A DNA stretch of 64,000 nucleotides from a phage, in the sequence record PZ179880.1, one strand, 5' to 3'. Below the pieces are notes generated by a model. That model was not told the origin of the DNA, made no database searches, and was given only the letters and a program-made list of their open reading frames with translations. Both the position numbers and the translations under genes were made by a program. Of the stretch, positions 28,421 through 38,199 are shown piece after piece; position 1 is the first letter of the stretch; every line of letters starts with the position of its first letter.

Positions 28421-28869
28421 TCAACAATCACAATTTCTAATTTAGAGGAATATGTATCTAAAATCCCCTCAATAATATCCCAGTTCCCTTTACCTATGCC
28501 TGCACCAATCCTAGGCATATAGATTGTAGGTTTAATCAGTTTATTTTCACCAAACTCATTTAATTCTAACATACAATTCATTAAAGCGGAATACTCAAAA
28601 TTTGGCCCTGGTTGAAATTGAGTATAAAGGTTGAAGCAATACGCTTTATGAGTCCTAAAGTATTTTTCATAGACTGAGTAAGAACCGAGTTTAGTTACAT
28701 CACCCCATTCAGTCTGTAATTTATCAGCTTCCAAAATTTTAGGGAAAGCTTTGGTTAATTGACCCGCTACGCCTGAACCCATAGTATGAAAACAATTGCA
28801 TCCATGCGCAATATTTTTACCTTCAGCGAAAAGGGCGACAATATCGCCCTTGATATATTTTACAATCAT
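28402..28869 (-). CDS. Macro-domain protein (ADP-ribose binding/processing fold, 155 aa)
   Basis: Macro-domain-like signature HGCNCFHTMGSGVAG and GAGIGKG glycine-rich loop. Confidence 0.55.
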   Translation of the reverse strand: MIVKYIKGDIVALFAEGKNIAHGCNCFHTMGSGVAGQLTKAFPKILEADKLQTEWGDVTKLGSYSVYEKYFRTHKAYCFNLYTQFQPGPNFEYSALMNCMLELNEFGENKLIKPTIYMPRIGAGIGKGNWDIIEGILDTYSSKLEIVIVDWEPLL

Positions 28870-29213
28870 CTAGTACTCAATCCTCGATTATAAGAATCTA
28901 CCAAACGGTCAACCATTGAATGACAAGCGGCTTTATCTTTCTCCTCCGCAACTGAACATTCTAAGGTATTCCACTTTTTAGCATATCGTTTTAATAATGT
29001 ATCGTTTTTGTATCTGCTTGATTTATCTCTTTCTCCGTCTTTATATGCATATATTAATTTCTGCGCAAATTCAGCTTGGCATGCTTTATTTTTCCCACAA
29101 TAATCTGCCGCAGTGCGATTTACATATTCTCTAATTTCAGTATATGATGTATCTGCTGACGCAGAAGCAGAAAATGAAATTAATCCTATACATAAAACCA
29201 AAATTTTAGTCAT
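28866..29213 (-). CDS. Small secreted/periplasmic protein (115 aa) with N-terminal signal peptide
   Basis: MTKILVLCIGLISFSASASA signal-like N-terminus; 4 Cys in mature part. Confidence 0.5.
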   Translation of the reverse strand: MTKILVLCIGLISFSASASADTSYTEIREYVNRTAADYCGKNKACQAEFAQKLIYAYKDGERDKSSRYKNDTLLKRYAKKWNTLECSVAEEKDKAACHSMVDRLVDSYNRGLSTR

Positions 29214-29751
29214 TTACTATTTCCAAAAGTTTATTATTTTTAAGGTAATTAGCCTTTTCTAGGACTTCAGAAGCATATTTAGAACCAGCTTTAACATTCC
29301 ATCCCGAATTATAAGAGGATATTGCTTTTCTTATATCGCCCTTATGTATATTTAACCAATAAGAAAGTTCAATGTACGCCCAGGAAGCTGAATTGGATCG
29401 TTTATTCAACATTCTTTTTATTTCAGCATCGGTCATATTATAACCAAGTTCCTTAACTCTTGCTCGCATAGTAGGCAAATAATTTTGGAACATTCCATAA
29501 GCGTGATGCTTTGGTTTAGATTTTAAATTAACTCCGCCAGAGCTTTCTTGCCATAAAATAGCAGCCATTATATGACCTAATCCGCTCTTGTGGATATTTT
29601 TGTGTGTTTTATATTTTCCATCCTTAGAAAATTGTTCCCCGAATTGATACGCGTAACGCATGTTATCGAGTTGGACATTACTGAAAGTATGCTCGGAGCT
29701 ATGTGCCATCATTGAAATGGCCAATAGACCAGCGAGTAGTGCTTTTCTCAT
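29206..29751 (-). CDS. Secreted lytic transglycosylase-like (SLT domain) protein (181 aa)
   Basis: Signal peptide MRKALLAGLLAISMMAHS; catalytic-region motifs WQESSGG and AYGMFQ. Confidence 0.55.
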   Translation of the reverse strand: MRKALLAGLLAISMMAHSSEHTFSNVQLDNMRYAYQFGEQFSKDGKYKTHKNIHKSGLGHIMAAILWQESSGGVNLKSKPKHHAYGMFQNYLPTMRARVKELGYNMTDAEIKRMLNKRSNSASWAYIELSYWLNIHKGDIRKAISSYNSGWNVKAGSKYASEVLEKANYLKNNKLLEIVND

Positions 29752-29758
29752 GCTTACC

Positions 29759-30220
29759 TCATTGAGTTTTAATTACTGCTTTAGAAGCCTTTCCTGGTAA
29801 ACGACGACTGTTGATAATTGCCATCCTACATTGAAGTGACGGGTCTTTGAACTTCGCGTTAGGTTTACAAACTGTAAATCCAAGCCAAAGATTTCCATCT
29901 GTGATTTCTAAACGTCCAGGACGATATTCAACCCCATCAATAAAATCCTCGTCAATGTCAGGACGCGGAGGCATACTCAGGAATTCATTAACTTCTAAAA
30001 CATGGTCTTTTATTTTATGGAATAATTCAAAAACATATGTCTCATCAATCTCCCGTTGAATTGCACGATCAAGAAGATGTTGAGAATATTTTAGATGAAA
30101 CGATGAGACTCCTGCTGCTTTTGATGCCTCACGAATCTCATTGTTAATTTGACGAAACTCCGACTCAAAGTGACGACGAAGCTTATTTCGACGGATAAAA
30201 ACTTCTGTATTGATAGTCAT
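29759..30220 (-). CDS. regB: Endoribonuclease RegB (153 aa)
   Basis: MTINTEVFIRRNKLRRHFESEFRQINNEIREASKAAGV matches T4 RegB. Confidence 0.9.
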   Translation of the reverse strand: MTINTEVFIRRNKLRRHFESEFRQINNEIREASKAAGVSSFHLKYSQHLLDRAIQREIDETYVFELFHKIKDHVLEVNEFLSMPPRPDIDEDFIDGVEYRPGRLEITDGNLWLGFTVCKPNAKFKDPSLQCRMAIINSRRLPGKASKAVIKTQ

Positions 30221-30226
30221 GTTATT

Positions 30227-30277
30227 CTCCTCTTAACTGATAGAAAAATTATACCACAGTCAAGAGGAAAAGTAAAC
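30227..30277 (-). promoter_or_regulatory. Early promoter (TTTACT, 17 nt, TATAAT with TGG extension) embedded in an inverted repeat that pairs with the regB RBS
   Basis: Minus strand TGTTTACTtttcctcttgactgTGGTATAAT; arms 30257-30267 and 30227-30239. Confidence 0.5.
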
Positions 30278-30279
30278 AG

Positions 30280-30600
30280 TTATTCTTTAAATCTAATCAA
30301 TTTATTCATAGACTTTGAAACTTCTGCACGAACCTCATGTAGATTTTTGAGCTGTTCAAGACGCTGTTCATAGTAAGCAATTTCATCTTCTTCGAGACAG
30401 TCCTGTGAATCTTCTTTAAGATAACGTGCATAGTCCTGGAAAGCGTTACGAACTACTTCCTGGAAGTCATCAAGACTTTGAATTTTCTTAGGAGCAACAG
30501 ATACACGACGAGGGGCAGTATAATACTCATAACCAAACCCTGCGCTTAATTGAGCCATTAGTATTTTTCCTCTGGCTGGAACACAGCACGACAAGCCCAC
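30280..30600 (-). CDS. Hypothetical protein (start probably internal Met MAQLSAGF)
   Basis: ORF. Confidence 0.45.
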   Translation of the reverse strand: MGLSCCVPARGKILMAQLSAGFGYEYYTAPRRVSVAPKKIQSLDDFQEVVRNAFQDYARYLKEDSQDCLEEDEIAYYEQRLEQLKNLHEVRAEVSKSMNKLIRFKE

Positions 30601-30824
30601 ATACTGGCTTCTTTGAGTTTCGTTTTAGCAATAGTTAACTGATCGAGGCTTTCAGCATAATTCTTCGCGAATTCACAGTCTTCACAATTATCTAGTGCTT
30701 CCCAAAATTCATCGTATAAAGCGTCAAAGATAAGTCCTAATCGAACTTCAGCGTCTTTGATAGCATTCACTTTACCGATTTTCTTTTCAGTATGCGGTTT
30801 ATAACCTTTAATATCTTCAATCAT
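30558..30824 (-). CDS. Hypothetical protein (88 aa)
   Basis: ORF. Confidence 0.45.
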   Translation of the reverse strand: MIEDIKGYKPHTEKKIGKVNAIKDAEVRLGLIFDALYDEFWEALDNCEDCEFAKNYAESLDQLTIAKTKLKEASMWACRAVFQPEEKY

Positions 30825-31038
30825 ATTCTACTTCCTCACCCGTTCCCAAATCATATTCAACTAAACGAATAGGTTCATGAATGCTATATCCTTGAACAGA
30901 AATTTCTGTCGTAGGATAAATTCCATTAATATCACCCATATTCCAAGCTTCATTAAATTGTTGTTCGCCTGAATTACTAAACCACTCTGCGAAAGCATTT
31001 AGTACATCTTCAGAACCTTCAATAATTATCTTTGCCAT
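30817..31038 (-). CDS. Hypothetical acidic protein (73 aa)
   Basis: ORF. Confidence 0.45.
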   Translation of the reverse strand: MAKIIIEGSEDVLNAFAEWFSNSGEQQFNEAWNMGDINGIYPTTEISVQGYSIHEPIRLVEYDLGTGEEVEYD

Positions 31039-31400
31039 TACAGACTCTCAGTAAAGGTACGAGCAATAACGTCGCGCTGCTGTTCCGGAGTCAGAGAGTT
31101 AAAGCGAACTGCATAACCGGATACACGGATGGTCAGCTGCGGATATTTTTCCGGATGCTTAACTGCATCTTCCAGAGTTTCACGACGCAGAACGTTTACG
31201 TTCAGGTGTTGACCACCTTCAATTTTAACTGTAGGCTGTGGTTCAATTTCAATTTCACGTGCATGCAAACCGCAGAAAATTTCTGGGTCTACAAAAGAGT
31301 CCTCTTTAAAGGTTTTAGAGACAATAATTCGCGCTTGAATACCATCTTCAAAATAAATAGTACCTTTATGTGTGCCTTCAAGAATTTGATATGCTTTCAT
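31038..31400 (-). CDS. Autonomous glycyl-radical cofactor (GrcA/YfiD-like, 120 aa)
   Basis: C-terminal [25 protein letters not shown] is the glycyl-radical fingerprint of pyruvate formate-lyase C-terminus/GrcA. Confidence 0.7.
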   Translation of the reverse strand: MKAYQILEGTHKGTIYFEDGIQARIIVSKTFKEDSFVDPEIFCGLHAREIEIEPQPTVKIEGGQHLNVNVLRRETLEDAVKHPEKYPQLTIRVSGYAVRFNSLTPEQQRDVIARTFTESL

Positions 31401-31406
31401 ATAACC

Positions 31407-31736
31407 TCAATTAGAAAATAAATTTATCCAAGATTGTTCTTTAATTAAAAATGGCTCAGAATCATATGCTATTAAACTTTGGGTGATTAGTCCTTTAAAA
31501 GGTCCATCAATAAATTCCATGGTAAAATATGGAATTTTATTCATTAATCTTGCATTAGGAGCCGTGCACAAAACTCTGCATCCTTTGAATACGCCTTTTT
31601 GTAATTTGTATTGCTTGGGATAAAATTCGCTCAAAATGTTATTTTTTGCCAAAATTTCAAAATGATTCACCAATTTATTTTTAATAGTTTTTGGCGAAAA
31701 ATAAAGATATTCGAAAAGCTGAGTGTCTGTCATCAT
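31407..31736 (-). CDS. Hypothetical protein (start uncertain)
   Basis: ORF; start set near the stop of the upstream ORF. Confidence 0.4.
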   Translation of the reverse strand: MMTDTQLFEYLYFSPKTIKNKLVNHFEILAKNNILSEFYPKQYKLQKGVFKGCRVLCTAPNARLMNKIPYFTMEFIDGPFKGLITQSLIAYDSEPFLIKEQSWINLFSN

Positions 31737-32320
31737 TGCATTCCGATTACGAAAAACTGTGGACGAGTAATACCACCAATGCAGCATTTACTATTGCAAC
31801 AGTGATGCACAGTTTCAATATGAATATCGTAAATTTTATCCATATCAGGAGATTTAACAGGCTCATCGATTATATACAAAATCCGCGAAAGCGATAAACC
31901 TCTGAACTTGCTTCCTTTATTACCGATAAAACTACGGACAGAATCGGTAAATAAGCGGAATCGAATATCATCGCTAGAATAACGAGAAAATTCTTTTTTA
32001 ATGTGGCCCGCAGAAATTTTAGCATAAGCTGAAGTATTAGAAAGAACAATAACTGTTCCGCCATCATACAGCCAATTAGCAGCGAAGTTAGTCACAGCAG
32101 TTGATTTACCGGATTGACGTCCACCATCTAGTCGAAGTGTGCAATACTGTTTGAGTAAGTCTTCAAATGGTGGGATATAATCGTTTTTACAAATTTCTTC
32201 TACTCTAGCATCAGAATGGTGTGTAAAAGCATTCATCAGGGATAGATAAGGACCAGTTAAAAATGTTCTCATTTTGTTATCTCTAAATTTGGGCCATTCC
32301 ATGGCGCATGAATTTTCCAT
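31733..32320 (-). CDS. P-loop NTPase-like hypothetical protein (195 aa)
   Basis: Walker A-like GGRQSGKST and Walker B-like ILYIIDE. Confidence 0.5.
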   Translation of the reverse strand: MENSCAMEWPKFRDNKMRTFLTGPYLSLMNAFTHHSDARVEEICKNDYIPPFEDLLKQYCTLRLDGGRQSGKSTAVTNFAANWLYDGGTVIVLSNTSAYAKISAGHIKKEFSRYSSDDIRFRLFTDSVRSFIGNKGSKFRGLSLSRILYIIDEPVKSPDMDKIYDIHIETVHHCCNSKCCIGGITRPQFFVIGMQ

Positions 32321-32425
32321 TTCTGTATTTACCCATTACCGCACTTGGGCTCGACCTTATTACAGGTTGGCGGGAATCCCTCATAGAATCATGAGGTCCA
32401 GCTTGTTCCCATATTTCTTATTTGC

Positions 32426-32899
32426 TTATTTGAATGATTTGACATACTGAACAGAACCTTTGCTATTCACAAAGGCGATTTTACCATTTTTGTTATACAT
32501 GGTGGCAGTACGCTGATAGCCATAAGTTTGCTTACCAGATTGATAACCAACTAATGCAAAATTATCTTCGCCCATTTTATTCTGCTTAGCGCGGATGCGT
32601 TCATGGCCGTGTGCCATAAGAACCTTAGCATCACCAGTTGCAATGGATCTACGAGTTTTTTCATCTTCAACTGTATTAACAAAATCGTCAAATGAATCAA
32701 ATTTAGCATGGGATTTATTATACAGTTTTCCATCTACTGCATAATTATATCCCTGTACATCCATCTCAACTTCTGTACCATCATCCAATACAGCAGTGAT
32801 TTTTTGACCTTTTTTAAATTTCAAAAGATCAGTAAAAGATTCAGCAATAATTTGAGAATTAATAGCTGCTTCAGTGATAAATTCTTGATATGTTTTCAT
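32426..32899 (-). CDS. Internal-protein-like capsid-targeted protein (157 aa)
   Basis: N-terminal MKTYQEFITEAA is the T4 capsid-targeting sequence shared by IPI/IPII/IPIII. Confidence 0.6.
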   Translation of the reverse strand: MKTYQEFITEAAINSQIIAESFTDLLKFKKGQKITAVLDDGTEVEMDVQGYNYAVDGKLYNKSHAKFDSFDDFVNTVEDEKTRRSIATGDAKVLMAHGHERIRAKQNKMGEDNFALVGYQSGKQTYGYQRTATMYNKNGKIAFVNSKGSVQYVKSFK

Positions 32900-32908
32900 A
32901 TGTTTCCT

Positions 32909-33325
32909 TTAAATGTAAATATTTTTGCCGTAATACTTGTACCAGTGTGGCTTCATTAAAATTTTTTCATCGAGTCGTTGTTGACTCAATTTAATAGCTG
33001 ATTTGCATGGATTATAATCATTTTTCCATTCTGCTGGAATATCGCTGATGTCAGGAACTTCAGTATCTTTTATACTAAACCCACGTTTTAAGCATTCCGT
33101 TATAATGTCTGATTGACGCTTTCGCAAAAATTCTAACTTATCGTAAAAGAACGTAACATGACCAGAACCTAAAATAAACTCGGAAGATATTTTAAAATCT
33201 TTAACCCGCTTACCATTTGCCACGTGTTTACGAACTATACCAAAAACACGTGGCAATTCACGATACTCAGCCATAAGATGTTGGTCGGTCAGTTCAGAAA
33301 CAAGTGTTAAATTGATACGAGTCAT
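32909..33325 (-). CDS. denV: Endonuclease V (pyrimidine-dimer DNA glycosylase DenV, 138 aa)
   Basis: [29 protein letters not shown]... matches T4 endo V closely but not identically; RBS GGAGG before MTRIN. Confidence 0.95.
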   Translation of the reverse strand: MTRINLTLVSELTDQHLMAEYRELPRVFGIVRKHVANGKRVKDFKISSEFILGSGHVTFFYDKLEFLRKRQSDIITECLKRGFSIKDTEVPDISDIPAEWKNDYNPCKSAIKLSQQRLDEKILMKPHWYKYYGKNIYI

Positions 33326-33328
33326 AAT

Positions 33329-33382
33329 TTCCTCCAAGTAGTTGATGAATGTATAGTATCAAAGTCCTTGGAGGAAGTAAAC
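33329..33382 (-). promoter_or_regulatory. Early promoter (TTTACT...TACTAT) embedded in an inverted repeat that pairs with the denV RBS
   Basis: Arms 33367-33376 and 33329-33338; -10 at 33353-33358, -35 at 33377-33382. Confidence 0.45.
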
Positions 33383-33383
33383 A

Positions 33384-34186
<803 letters not shown>

Positions 34187-34642
34187 TTAAAAGAGGCTGT
34201 TCATTATTCGGTAAAGTGAAGGGCCCATCACATATTGCCACTGGGTACGAGGAATAAGAGCAAAAGCATCCATCTCTGGAATCATAACGCCATCTTTATT
34301 TTCAAAATAAGACTCGCAATAGCAATTTCTAAACATCTCATGCTCTACTGGAATCGTATAATAAAATAACTGTAGGTCTTTATTACTAGAATATTTAAAT
34401 ACACCTAGGTCTTCTAGAAGGTCTGGATTATAATTGTTAAAACCAGTCTCTTCTAAACATTCTCTTCGTGCTGCATCTAATGCGCTTAAATCAGAATTTT
34501 CTACACGGCCCTTTGGAATATCCCAGCGATGTGCCATCATTCCAGGCTTACGAGAACCAGTAACCCGACCCATAAATAAATCTTTATCTTCTGTCATAAA
34601 GATAATACCAGCTGATAATGTTTTCATTTTAATTTCCTGCAA
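34187..34642 (-). CDS. nudE: Nudix hydrolase NudE (151 aa)
   Basis: Nudix box GRVENSDLSALDAARRECLEETG. Confidence 0.85.
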   Translation of the reverse strand: MQEIKMKTLSAGIIFMTEDKDLFMGRVTGSRKPGMMAHRWDIPKGRVENSDLSALDAARRECLEETGFNNYNPDLLEDLGVFKYSSNKDLQLFYYTIPVEHEMFRNCYCESYFENKDGVMIPEMDAFALIPRTQWQYVMGPSLYRIMNSLF

Positions 34643-34986
34643 TCAATCACAAACTCTTTCATTGATTCATTTTCAATATAAGACATGTAGCTATTATATT
34701 CTTTTAATTGTATTTTGTAATCCTTTTTTCTTTGCCAATTTATTTTAAAATTATCATAATGAAAATATAGAATGATACAAAAGAATGAAAATAATGAAAT
34801 AATTTTAGTATAGCGAAGTTCACTCCAAACTTCTATTATATTTACTGTGCCATCGATGTTTAAAATAAGACAGTCAATTAACAATCCAAAAAGACTACCC
34901 GCAAGAGCTGCAGCCAACGCCACAGCAAAAATTAAAAATGACCCAGGAAGCGAATATTTGACTTTATTTAGTTTTGGCTTTTGCAT
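34624..34986 (-). CDS. Hypothetical membrane protein (120 aa)
   Basis: Two hydrophobic helices. Confidence 0.5.
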   Translation of the reverse strand: MQKPKLNKVKYSLPGSFLIFAVALAAALAGSLFGLLIDCLILNIDGTVNIIEVWSELRYTKIISLFSFFCIILYFHYDNFKINWQRKKDYKIQLKEYNSYMSYIENESMKEFVIDCRKLK

Positions 34987-35381
34987 CGTGATTCCTTAAC
35001 AAATTTCATAATTTCATCAAATTCATACGCAGCAAGTTTAAGCTGATATTCCTTTTTAATCTTTTTACACTGTGCTTTCCAATCACGTACGCGTTTACGA
35101 TAATGCCTTCCTTGATACCAGTATCCTACCCAATTTACAGGTACTAATAAAAATGGAACTATTAATGGAAGAATTAGCATTAATACAAGTATTTCGCCAG
35201 AATCAATATCAGTCATAACATCTAAAACACCTCCAATAATCAATAGAATTACAAATGATATGAGTATAACAGGACCTATTAATACATCAGTAGAAATTAG
35301 CTGGCGCTTTAATTCATACTTCAAAGGTTTACTTGGAAGGTATAGTGATGGCTTTGACATATTCTCTACATTCCTTAACAA
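34968..35381 (-). CDS. Hypothetical membrane protein (137 aa)
   Basis: Two hydrophobic helices followed by a basic tail. Confidence 0.5.
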   Translation of the reverse strand: MLRNVENMSKPSLYLPSKPLKYELKRQLISTDVLIGPVILISFVILLIIGGVLDVMTDIDSGEILVLMLILPLIVPFLLVPVNWVGYWYQGRHYRKRVRDWKAQCKKIKKEYQLKLAAYEFDEIMKFVKESRCKSQN

Positions 35382-35937
35382 ATTTTTCTAGTAATAAATC
35401 GCTTTCAAAATTAGGATTTTCTACGAATTTATCAAAAAGATCATCAACAATAGTCAAGATATTCTTTTTACTAAGAATACGCTTATTTTCATATTTTGTT
35501 TCAGAGTCAACTATAAGAGTAAAGAAATATTTCTTGCCTTGAAATTTTACTGTAGTATCAATATAAAATAAATTTGACTTTTGTAAATTACGTCTAAAAC
35601 ACGCGTCACTTAAACTATAAATGCCAAGATAATCATAATCGTCGTTTAAATAACAAACTGTCCATTCAGGAGAAATGAAATCAGTAAATTCAACATCAAA
35701 ATCACATGTCAATGAATGAATTGATTCAATACTGTTAATAAGTATTCCAGGACGTATTAAAGACTTTTTACCTCTATAAAATCTTCCAGAAAGACTTTCG
35801 TCAGTTTCATACGAAGACCCCCAATAGTAATTACGTCCTTCTGCCATACGTTTAAGAACATTCAGTAATTGGTCTGGAACATCAACATGTCTTTGGAACT
35901 CTTCAAACATTGAATTGAAATCATTTTGCATTCTCAT
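35329..35937 (-). CDS. Hypothetical protein (202 aa)
   Basis: ORF. Confidence 0.5.
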   Translation of the reverse strand: MRMQNDFNSMFEEFQRHVDVPDQLLNVLKRMAEGRNYYWGSSYETDESLSGRFYRGKKSLIRPGILINSIESIHSLTCDFDVEFTDFISPEWTVCYLNDDYDYLGIYSLSDACFRRNLQKSNLFYIDTTVKFQGKKYFFTLIVDSETKYENKRILSKKNILTIVDDLFDKFVENPNFESDLLLEKFVKECREYVKAITIPSK

Positions 35938-35958
35938 TCCTATTTACTCCAAGTAATA

Positions 35959-35972
35959 GGGGCCGAAGCCCC
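35959..35972 (-). terminator. UUCG-tetraloop hairpin
   Basis: ggggccgaagcccc. Confidence 0.45.
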
Positions 35973-35978
35973 TTATCA

Positions 35979-36572
35979 TTATTTCAGAGAATTAATGTAT
36001 TCCTGAACATCGGCAGAGGTAGTTTCAACCCCAGAAATATTACCGTTAAAGGTTTCAACTCGAGCAAGGGTATCTTCAATATCAACCTTAGTCAGTGCTG
36101 CAATTTCAACTACATCATCAGCAGTACTAATTCCAAGGGCATTTGCTGCACGAGTTTCACGGATATATTCCAATTTAACCGCAAGTTCTTGACGAGCATC
36201 ATCTAACTCAACTACTTTCTTGGCGATTTCAATTCGCATTTCAGCATAACCGTCAGCCTTAGTAGTCAACTGCTCAGCTGTTCGACGATATAGTAAACCG
36301 AGTTTAGCATGCATTGTTACATCTTGGCCTTCGGAAAGAAGTTTACGAATTTCACGCTCTTTTGATTCGGCCTGTCGATTCTTTTCGATAACAAGTTCAC
36401 GAATACGTTTTTCTTCGTTAATAGATTTAACAGAAGCAGTTTTTAGATCTTTAATTTTATCAAGTAGTTTTGCTGCTGCAGCAGTATACTGTTCTTCAAC
36501 AGATAGATTTTTAGCCATAGCAGAACCAAGTTTAGTGCGAATAAACTCAACAATTTTCTTCAGTGTGTTCAT
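35979..36572 (-). CDS. Coiled-coil protein (197 aa); PspA-like character is a loose impression only
   Basis: Long heptad-rich helical sequence with charged residues. Confidence 0.45.
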   Translation of the reverse strand: MNTLKKIVEFIRTKLGSAMAKNLSVEEQYTAAAAKLLDKIKDLKTASVKSINEEKRIRELVIEKNRQAESKEREIRKLLSEGQDVTMHAKLGLLYRRTAEQLTTKADGYAEMRIEIAKKVVELDDARQELAVKLEYIRETRAANALGISTADDVVEIAALTKVDIEDTLARVETFNGNISGVETTSADVQEYINSLK

Positions 36573-36629
36573 AGTATTTCCTTAGGTTGATATAATTAGA
36601 TAATATCATGTTTCTAATAGATTGTAAAC

Positions 36630-36965
36630 TTATTCTTCGTCTAGTTCGTCGATAAAGACGTTGATGGCCTCGACAATGGCATCGTTAATAGCCAGTAAAA
36701 TAAAATCGTCGTCAGTACCTTTATAAGATTCTGAAGCATTGATATATGCTTGATTGGCGAGTTCCCAAGCCTTTTTAAAATAAGGAGCTTCATCATCAGG
36801 ACAAATATCCCGCACACCTTCAAAGATACGATTGGCATAATCTAACACCCATTGTACAGGCATGTTTTGAGAACGTTCATTAAACTCTTTAAAGTCCTTA
36901 GATTCAAAAAGCTCTTCAGGATAATCATTTCTATTACAAAAATCTTTGCTAAAGTTGCGTTTCAT
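36630..36965 (-). CDS. Hypothetical acidic protein (111 aa)
   Basis: ORF. Confidence 0.5.
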   Translation of the reverse strand: MKRNFSKDFCNRNDYPEELFESKDFKEFNERSQNMPVQWVLDYANRIFEGVRDICPDDEAPYFKKAWELANQAYINASESYKGTDDDFILLAINDAIVEAINVFIDELDEE

Positions 36966-37021
36966 AATATTTTCCTCATTTGTATAGGCTCATAATATCT
37001 CAATCATGAGCCCGTGTAAAC

Positions 37022-37285
37022 TTATTTCATATTATTGAAATATTCTTCTGCGATTTCATCATTATCGTGGTAAACTTTAGAAGACAGTTTAACATAACCT
37101 TCAGCAGTGAACATGTTAATCACAACTTTTACAGTATACCACTGACCGTCTTCATTACCCATTACTGCGTAAGTTTCAAACATCGGATGGTCAGGACCGA
37201 TAACTTTAATATCATTCACTGTACGACCGAAATCTTCTGAAACGCATTTCATAAAGAAGTTGAACAGTTCGCCGTAATTATCCAT
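37022..37285 (-). CDS. Hypothetical protein (87 aa from MDNYGELF)
   Basis: The 5' end of the track ORF is occupied by an early promoter (GTTTAC...TACTAT at about 37320-37350); start moved to the next Met. Confidence 0.45.
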   Translation of the reverse strand: MDNYGELFNFFMKCVSEDFGRTVNDIKVIGPDHPMFETYAVMGNEDGQWYTVKVVINMFTAEGYVKLSSKVYHDNDEIAEEYFNNMK

Positions 37286-37514
37286 TTTATTCTCCAAGTT
37301 GTTTTCTGTATCAGTAGTTGATAGTTGTATAGTACCATGGAAGAACAGAGATGTAAACAGTTTTGTGAAAAAATTTTTAGGGAATTCTAGGGCAGAGAGG
37401 GGCAATTAAAGGATAGGATAATATATTATAAAGGGTAGAAACTAAATGATGCTTAGAGAGGTCCAGAAAGGCCTAGATACCAAAAAGCCCTATCATTTAG
37501 ATAGGGATTTAAAA

Positions 37515-38078
37515 TTATTTACCTAGTTTAGTTATTATAGCTTCGGCAGCAGCTTTTAGTTTAGATGCGGTGTTAATACGATTTTTAATTTCAGTATACG
37601 CATCGCCAAGAACGTCAAGGCTATCAGAATAAACACTTACACTATTGCGTTCGCTATTTGAAATAGAACCTTTAGTTTTACGATCAAAATCGGTGTACAC
37701 GTCTTGAAGATCACGGGCTGCCTTCTTTGCATCATCCAATGCATCAAGAGCTTTATTCAAAGCATTAACATATTTTTTAGTGTCAAACATATTCTTAGAA
37801 ATTTTAACAGGTGCACGTTCAGGAGTAGCTAAGGCAGATTTAGGAACCTGAGCGCCTGATGCTAATTTCTTAGAAATTTTGAAAAATGCTTTATTGAATT
37901 TATTTTCTTGACTCATCGTAAAAGAACTATTATCAATGTTATACATTTCAATAGCTTTAGCTTTCCACTTAAGAAAATCGCCACGGTCTTTTGGGTCCAA
38001 TTGGAAGAATACTTTAGTAAGATCTGCTTCAGATGGTAATTTTGCTGCTTCGGTTAAAAATTCGGCATAGGTTTTCAT
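37515..38078 (-). CDS. Internal-protein-like capsid-targeted protein (187 aa)
   Basis: N-terminal MKTYAEFLTEAAKL capsid-targeting sequence. Confidence 0.6.
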   Translation of the reverse strand: MKTYAEFLTEAAKLPSEADLTKVFFQLDPKDRGDFLKWKAKAIEMYNIDNSSFTMSQENKFNKAFFKISKKLASGAQVPKSALATPERAPVKISKNMFDTKKYVNALNKALDALDDAKKAARDLQDVYTDFDRKTKGSISNSERNSVSVYSDSLDVLGDAYTEIKNRINTASKLKAAAEAIITKLGK

Positions 38079-38173
38079 TTAAAATCCTTGAAATAATTTA
38101 TCGGTTGGTTATTAATTATTTATTACTTTGTTATTATCCGTAACAGCATTCTCTATGTGATTCAAACTAAAAA

Positions 38174-38199
38174 GCCCCAACCTTTCGGTCGGGGCTAAG
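38174..38199 (-). terminator. Rho-independent terminator
   Basis: Minus strand AGCCCCGACCgaaaGGTTGGGGCTTTTT. Confidence 0.6.

Noticed and set aside
28866-29213. Naming the 115-aa ORF as Vs (valyl-tRNA synthetase modifier)
   Set aside because: Position and length fit my recollection of T4 vs, but the N-terminus looks like a cleavable signal peptide, which is hard to reconcile with a cytoplasmic synthetase modifier; left unnamed.
35979-36572. Calling the 197-aa coiled-coil protein a PspA/IM30 homologue
   Set aside because: Only a general impression of a long charged helical protein; no specific motif support.
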